Shown here: piece by piece, positions 58,658 to 64,000 of the stretch
Layout of the letters: each line of letters begins with the position of its first letter
Position numbering within the stretch: the stretch's first letter is position 1
Assembly: GCA_965249275.1 (NCBI GenBank)
Contig: CBDFLQ010000006.1
Coordinates: 320,001-384,000 of the forward strand
From: Dehalococcoidia bacterium
Lineage (GTDB): Bacteria; Chloroflexota; Dehalococcoidia; Plut-88900
Length of the DNA stretch: 64,000 bases
Direction: 5' to 3'
Made by a program: the position numbers and the translations under genes
The notes under the pieces: model-generated
Seen by the model: the letters and a program-made list of their open reading frames with translations, nothing else
What the model was told of the DNA's origin: nothing
The model's database searches: none

Positions 58658-58846
58658 GGGCGGGGCTTCTCGGCCCCAACATCATGAGTTACGCAAAGGC
58701 CCTCGGTTACAGAAGGCTAAAGCCTGGCGTGAGCTAAGTCGAAGGGGTGAGGGTATTCCCCTCCCCCTAGATTCCCCACCCGCGTATTGCTAATATATCG
58801 CATCCGCACTCGCCTCAATCCTGGTTGACTTTGATCGGAACTCAGC

Positions 58847-59437
58847 GTGGTACTTAGCGACAAAACAATAAGAGAAGAAATCGACGGGGGCCGTATCGTC
58901 ATCGATCCCCTCGACCCTTCAGATATCCAGCCCGCCAGCATCGACGTCCACCTCGACGACAAGGTCCTTGTCTTCCGCAATTCCCGCAAACCCTTCATCG
59001 ACGTCCGACAGGACACCACCGACCTCACCGAAATGGAACAGATCTCCGAAGATAATCCATTCATCCTCCACCCCGGTGAATTCATACTGGCCAGTACCAC
59101 CGAGCACATTGAAATCCCCGACGACATCGTCGCCCGCCTCGAAGGAAAGAGCTCCCTGGGCCGCATCGGCCTCCTTATCCACTCCACTGCCGGTTACGTA
59201 GACCCCGGCTGGAAGGGCCATCTCACCTTGGAGCTCAGCAACGTCGCCAACCTCCCCGTAACCCTCTACTCCGGCATGAAAATCGGACAGATATCCTTCT
59301 TGCGACTCACCAGCCCCGCCGAAAACCTCTACGGCTCCAAGAATCTCGGCAGTAAGTACCAGGGCCAGACCCAACCGACCGCCAGCAGGATCCACGTAGA
59401 CTTCAAACCTGGCTCCTCCGGAGACCAGAGCGGGTGA
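58847..59437 (+). CDS. dcd: dCTP deaminase
   Basis: VLSDKTI, IQPASIDVHL, EGKSSLGRIG, AGYVDPGWKG, KYQGQ. Confidence 0.95.
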   Translation: MVLSDKTIREEIDGGRIVIDPLDPSDIQPASIDVHLDDKVLVFRNSRKPFIDVRQDTTDLTEMEQISEDNPFILHPGEFILASTTEHIEIPDDIVARLEGKSSLGRIGLLIHSTAGYVDPGWKGHLTLELSNVANLPVTLYSGMKIGQISFLRLTSPAENLYGSKNLGSKYQGQTQPTASRIHVDFKPGSSGDQSG

Positions 59438-60546
59438 ATCTCCTGTCCCGTCCACCCCTCCCCGCCACGGGCTACATGGAACACTGTATCTCCCTGGCGC
59501 GGCGCTCCCTTGGCATCTCCTCCCCAAACCCCGCCGTAGGTGCAGTAGTGGTGAGGGATGGCGAAGTCGTCGGAGAAGGCAATACCCGCCCCCCGGGCCA
59601 ATCCCACGCCGAAATCGTCGCTCTTGATCAAGCCGGCGCCGCCGCCCGCGGCTCGGAGATCTACGTCACTCTCGAACCGTGCTGCTTCGCCGGACGTACC
59701 CCGCCCTGCACCGCCGCAATCATCGAACGCGGTGTCTCCAGGGTTCACGTAGCCGCCGTTGACCCCAACCCCCGAGTCTCCGGCAAAGGCGTCCGGGAAC
59801 TGGAGAGGGCCGGCATAGACGTAGTGCTCGGAGAGTCCCGCAGATCTGCGGAGCGAGTCGTGGAGGGCTACTCCAAGTACATTACCACCGGCAGGCCCTT
59901 CGTCACTGCCAAGTTCGCCGCTAGCCTCGATGGAAAGATAGCCACCCGATCCGGTGAGTCCCAATGGATCACGGGCCCCGATGCCCGCGCCCGCGCCCAC
60001 GAAATACGCCGCAGCGTCGACGCCATACTAGTCGGCGCAGGTACCGTCTTTGCCGACAATCCCAGGCTCACGGCCCGGGACCCCAACGGGCGCCCCCTGG
60101 ACCGGCAACCCGCTCGCATCGTCATTGCAGGCAAGTTCCCCATCTCCCCTGATGCCCTCATCTTCAATCAGCCGGGCAGAGCCTTCCTCGCGACCGCTGC
60201 GATATCCCCCGACCTCCGTTCATGCCTCGAAGGAAAGGGAGTAGAGGTCATCATCGTCCCCCAGGCTGTTCCAGGCGTCGATCTGAACGCTTTACTGGAC
60301 CTGCTCGGCCAAAAGGAAATAACCAACGTTCTCGTCGAGGGAGGCGGCGCCCTCCTCGGATCATTCTTCGATAATCGACTCGTAGAAAAAGTTGTTGCTT
60401 TCCTTGCGCCGGTTATAATAGGCGGAGACAATAGCCCTGGGGCCATTGGCGGTATCGGCGCCGAGGCTATGGCCGATGTGCTTAGACTCACCAATATCGA
60501 GATAGAGACCCTCGGCCCTGACATAGTGCTAACGGGATACGCCTAG
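59434..60546 (+). CDS. ribD: Riboflavin biosynthesis deaminase/reductase
   Basis: PNPAVG, HAE, TLEPC..GRTPPC, SLDGKIAT, VEGGG. Confidence 0.95.
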   Translation: MNLLSRPPLPATGYMEHCISLARRSLGISSPNPAVGAVVVRDGEVVGEGNTRPPGQSHAEIVALDQAGAAARGSEIYVTLEPCCFAGRTPPCTAAIIERGVSRVHVAAVDPNPRVSGKGVRELERAGIDVVLGESRRSAERVVEGYSKYITTGRPFVTAKFAASLDGKIATRSGESQWITGPDARARAHEIRRSVDAILVGAGTVFADNPRLTARDPNGRPLDRQPARIVIAGKFPISPDALIFNQPGRAFLATAAISPDLRSCLEGKGVEVIIVPQAVPGVDLNALLDLLGQKEITNVLVEGGGALLGSFFDNRLVEKVVAFLAPVIIGGDNSPGAIGGIGAEAMADVLRLTNIEIETLGPDIVLTGYA

Positions 60547-60560
60547 AAACAGCGGACATA

Positions 60561-61184
60561 TTGTTTACTGGCATAGTCGAAGAGCTTGGCCGGGCCCTTT
60601 CAATGGACAGTTCTCGGCTGTCCATCTCCGCGTCTACCGTCTTGGACGACTCCCGCATCGGCGATAGTATCGCCGTCAACGGCACCTGCTTGACCATAAC
60701 CGACATCTCCGAAGACTGCCTCTCCTTTGACGTCATGCCCGAGACCCTGCGCCGCACAAACCTCGGAGCCCTCGAACCCGGCGCCCCTGTCAACCTGGAG
60801 AGACCCTTGACCCTCAACTCCCGGCTCGGAGGCCACATAATGCAGGGCCACGTGGACGGCTCTGGCACAGTCGTCTCCATCACCCCCGACAAAGACGCTT
60901 GGATCATGGAGATCAGGCCCCCGGCGGAGCTTCTGCCCTACATCGTTGACAAGGGTTTCATCGGCGTAGATGGCGCTAGCCTGACTGTCGTGGACCGCCT
61001 CCCCGAGACCTTCACTATCTCCCTGGTCACCTACACCTGGGAGCACACTACTCTCAGCCAACGCTCCATCGGAAAATCCGTCAACCTGGAAGTCGATATA
61101 CTGGCCAAATACGTGTTGCAGCTCGTCAAAGGCGGCGAGCTGTCAGAGTCCCCTCTATCTGCCCTCGCAAGCCCTCAGTCCTAG
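60561..61184 (+). CDS. ribE: Riboflavin synthase (alpha chain)
   Basis: MFTGIVEE, GDSIAVNGTCLT, GGHIMQGHVD, VNLEVD. Confidence 0.95.
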   Translation: MFTGIVEELGRALSMDSSRLSISASTVLDDSRIGDSIAVNGTCLTITDISEDCLSFDVMPETLRRTNLGALEPGAPVNLERPLTLNSRLGGHIMQGHVDGSGTVVSITPDKDAWIMEIRPPAELLPYIVDKGFIGVDGASLTVVDRLPETFTISLVTYTWEHTTLSQRSIGKSVNLEVDILAKYVLQLVKGGELSESPLSALASPQS

Positions 61185-61210
61185 CAGTTCTGGAAACCGG
61201 AGGATACCGG

Positions 61211-62404
61211 ATGCCATTTGCCACCATCCCCGAGGCCATTCAAGATTTTCAAGCCGGGAAGATGGTCATCATTGTCGATGACGAGGACCGGGAAAACGAG
61301 GGCGATCTCGCCATCGCCGCCGACAAGTGCAACTCTGAAATCATCAATTTCATGGCCAGGCACGGGCGCGGTCTCATCTGCATTTCCATGACCGGGGAAC
61401 GCCTCGAAGAGCTCCGGATCCCTATGATGGTTCAGGACAACACCGCACCCTTCAGCACCGCATTCACTGTCACTGTCGAGGGCCGGCGCGAGGTCACCAC
61501 CGGCATCTCTGCCTTTGACCGGGCCCGCACCGTCGCCACCCTCATAGACCCCGACGCTCGGCCCGAAGACCTCACCCGCCCTGGGCACATGTTCCCCCTC
61601 CGCGCTCGTGAGGGCGGCGTCCTCGTCCGCGCCGGCCAGACCGAGGCTGTCGTAGATCTTGCTAAGCTCTCCGGTCTCTACCCCGCCGGCGTCATCTGCG
61701 AAATCATGAACGAAGACGGCTCCATGGCCCGGCTTTCTCACCTCACCAAGTTCGCCAATGAGCACTCCCTCAAGATAATAACCGTCGCCGACCTCATCTC
61801 TTTCCGTATGCGCAATGACAAGCTCGTCAAGCGCATCGCCGAGTCCCACCTCCCAACCTCCTACGGCGAGTTCCAGGCCATCGCCTACACCACCTCAATC
61901 AACCAGGATGACCACATTGCCCTCGTCAAGGGCGACATCTGCGGCGACGAACCCGTCCTCGTCCGTGTCCACAGCCAGTGCCTCACCGGCGACGTGTTCA
62001 CCAGCTCCCGCTGTGACTGCGGCGAGCAGATAGGCCTCGCGCTCAACGCGATAGAAAAAGAGGGTCGGGGCGTATTCCTCTACATGCGCCAGGAGGGCCG
62101 TGGCATCGGCCTCCACAACAAGATCAAAGCCTACGCCCTTCAGGACCACGGTATGGACACCGTCGAAGCCAACGAGGCCCTGGGCTTCCCCGCAGACCGC
62201 CGGGACTACGGCATCGGCATGCAGATCCTCGTAGACCTCGGCATCCGGGAAATGCGCCTCCTGACTAACAACCCAGCCAAGCGTGCAGGATTGGAAGGCT
62301 ACAACCTCCAGGTCGTTGAGAGGGTTCCCATTAAACCCACGGTCAACCAGCACAACAGGCATTACCTGGAGACCAAGAAGCAAAAGCTCGGGCATCTCAT
62401 CTAG
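61211..62404 (+). CDS. ribBA: DHBP synthase / GTP cyclohydrolase II
   Basis: [43 protein letters not shown]. Confidence 0.96.
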   Translation: MPFATIPEAIQDFQAGKMVIIVDDEDRENEGDLAIAADKCNSEIINFMARHGRGLICISMTGERLEELRIPMMVQDNTAPFSTAFTVTVEGRREVTTGISAFDRARTVATLIDPDARPEDLTRPGHMFPLRAREGGVLVRAGQTEAVVDLAKLSGLYPAGVICEIMNEDGSMARLSHLTKFANEHSLKIITVADLISFRMRNDKLVKRIAESHLPTSYGEFQAIAYTTSINQDDHIALVKGDICGDEPVLVRVHSQCLTGDVFTSSRCDCGEQIGLALNAIEKEGRGVFLYMRQEGRGIGLHNKIKAYALQDHGMDTVEANEALGFPADRRDYGIGMQILVDLGIREMRLLTNNPAKRAGLEGYNLQVVERVPIKPTVNQHNRHYLETKKQKLGHLI

Positions 62405-62423
62405 CCCGAGTTCTGCACGTCTA

Positions 62424-62903
62424 ATGGGCAAAACATTCAAGGGCGACACCCTCGGCAAGGGCCTCCGAATCGGCATCGCCGTATCCCGGTTCAACGAGCC
62501 CGTAACTACCCGGCTCCTTGATGGCGCACTGGAAGGGCTGAATGCCAACGGCGTCTCCCAATACGCCGTCGACGTAGCCTGGACCCCCGGCGCCCTGGAA
62601 CTGCCCATCGTGGCCAAACAGATGGCGGGCAGCGGCCGCTACGATGCCATAATCTGCCTCGGCGCTGTCATAAGGGGCGAGACCGCCCACTTTGACTACG
62701 TTTCCGCCGGTGCCCAACAGGGTGTCGTCAAAGCATCCCTTGAAACCGGGGTCCCCATCCTGTTTGGAGTCCTTACTACCGACGACACGGCCCAGGCTAT
62801 GGAACGCTCCGGTGGCAAGAAGGGCAACAAGGGCTTCGACGCCGCCGCCGGTGCCATCGAGATGGCCAACCTACTAAAGTCACTTCCCGGCAGCTACACA
62901 TAG
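62424..62903 (+). CDS. ribH: 6,7-dimethyl-8-ribityllumazine synthase
   Basis: SRFNE, PGALELP, GAVIRGETAHFDYV, FGVLT, GNKG; ATG at 62424. Confidence 0.95.
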   Translation: MGKTFKGDTLGKGLRIGIAVSRFNEPVTTRLLDGALEGLNANGVSQYAVDVAWTPGALELPIVAKQMAGSGRYDAIICLGAVIRGETAHFDYVSAGAQQGVVKASLETGVPILFGVLTTDDTAQAMERSGGKKGNKGFDAAAGAIEMANLLKSLPGSYT

Positions 62904-63044
62904 CAGACTGCTGAAATATGGGGTGTGCAGAGGGGCTCTGCCCCTCGCCGGGAGTCTGAGGGTGTCCCTCAGATATCACTTTCTCTCCCTTCCTGGTCAG
63001 GAAGGGGCTTCGGGAAAACTCCAAAGTGTTTTTCCGTAGTCTGC
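62903..63044. mobile_element. MITE-like element, 142 bp
   Basis: Imperfect terminal IRs GCAGACTGCTGAAA / TTTCCGTAGTCTGC flanked by TA, with three internal perfect hairpins. Confidence 0.65.
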
Positions 63045-63082
63045 TAGCGCTTGCCGTTTCGAATCAAAGGCATTTGGGAGTG

Positions 63083-63898
63083 CTATGCTCTGGACGCTTC
63101 CCAGCTCCCTTTCCAGCCGGGGCGCCAATCCGTCCACTTCGCGAACTCCTTTGGAGTAATGCCTGTTTCATAGATTTCAACGGCAATTGGGAGCTTACTA
63201 AAAGTTTCGGGGATCAAGCTGCTATCGCCGTCCGGGCAGACTGAGACCGAAATTAGCAGATCGATTTCCGCGTAAAACTCAATATAATCACTCTTTTTTA
63301 CGTCGGTCTTGGTGAAATATCGGCGCCCAGTCAGGCCATCGATGCGCATCTTCTGAAAGAGGTTGACGTTGTCGCCAATTACGTCCTGTTCGGTCAGGCC
63401 CAGAGACTCCGCACCTTGCAACAGGTTGAGGTGACAACCGTTTAAACCAGCCTCGCCGAAGGTCAATTCCCAGATTTCTGAAGAACAATGACTCCCCGGG
63501 AAGTGGGCATGCCACCCCTCATCCGCCGGTCCTGTTACTACCGTGTCCTCAATACAGGTCGCAATCGGGCGATATCTGGGGACGTCGGACCAAAGTCTAA
63601 AATATGTCGTGATAAATAGTCCTTCAGCAAGAAGGGTCTGATTCAAACTAAGCGATTCCCACTGAGGACAATCGGCGTTCCACAGACATACGTCTACAAC
63701 TTGTGGTCCTTCCTCCTCTATTACCCTGAAAGTTTGCCCCTTGTTTACCCGGAATCCTCTTCCGTTGTCGGGTGGAATTATTGTCCTCTGCAATAAGGTT
63801 CGCTCGGAAACCTTTGCTCGGATATTGTCGTAGAACTCTATATCCATCCTGTATAGTTCGGGGTTTGCTTCCGTCAAACTTTTCTCAGTGGATTTCAT
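63083..63898 (-). CDS. DUF1989 (urea carboxylase-associated family) protein
   Basis: EGPQVVDVCLWNA, GSHC, GCHLNL, NVNLFQ, EFYAEIDLLISVSVCPDGD. Confidence 0.8.
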   Translation of the reverse strand: MKSTEKSLTEANPELYRMDIEFYDNIRAKVSERTLLQRTIIPPDNGRGFRVNKGQTFRVIEEEGPQVVDVCLWNADCPQWESLSLNQTLLAEGLFITTYFRLWSDVPRYRPIATCIEDTVVTGPADEGWHAHFPGSHCSSEIWELTFGEAGLNGCHLNLLQGAESLGLTEQDVIGDNVNLFQKMRIDGLTGRRYFTKTDVKKSDYIEFYAEIDLLISVSVCPDGDSSLIPETFSKLPIAVEIYETGITPKEFAKWTDWRPGWKGSWEASRA

Positions 63899-64000
63899 AA
63901 ATGACTCTCCTCTTGAGTATTGCCCAACCTACGTAGGGAATTATGTGCGGGATCGTGTACTCCTTTTTGCTCCCTGGAGGACGGTGATAAGGCGACACCT

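Noticed and set aside
58740-58800. FMN riboswitch (ATTCCCCACC resembles part of RFN)
   Set aside because: The other conserved RFN segments (AGGGCGGGGTG, AGCCCGCGA, GCCGACGGT..AGTCCGGATG) are absent.
63899-64000. Guanidine riboswitch upstream of DUF1989
   Set aside because: No ykkC, mini-ykkC (ACGR loop) or ykkC-III pattern in the 100 nt available.

Overview
Bacterial chromosomal DNA of roughly 58-60% GC (visual estimate). The gene content points to a Chloroflexota/Dehalococcoidia (SAR202-like) organism: 4 luciferase-like monooxygenases, 8 amidohydrolase-superfamily genes, 4 SDRs, paired class III CoA-transferases and lipoproteins with Pro/Thr-rich linkers. This assignment is inferred, not database-confirmed. 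The flanks (about 1-20.7 kb and 56.1-63 kb) hold housekeeping genes: Zn/Mn ABC transporter, galU, lepA, tRNA-Lys, pyrE, lepB and dcd-ribD-ribE-ribBA-ribH. They are strongly C-skewed on the + strand and carry several families of small palindromic repeats. The central block (about 20.7-56.1 kb) lies 3' of tRNA-Lys, is less skewed, appears to lack those repeats and is packed with catabolic paralogues. The most interesting non-coding signals are: (i) two paralogous ~270-nt structured 5' leaders and conserved 3' trailers around tandem orphan solute-binding lipoprotein genes, a candidate new cis-regulatory RNA; (ii) nested, orientation-biased REP/MITE-like repeats with polar ~22-bp decaying half-arrays and covarying hairpins; (iii) a MITE at the ribH stop codon. 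No CRISPR array, rRNA, integrase or transposase was seen.
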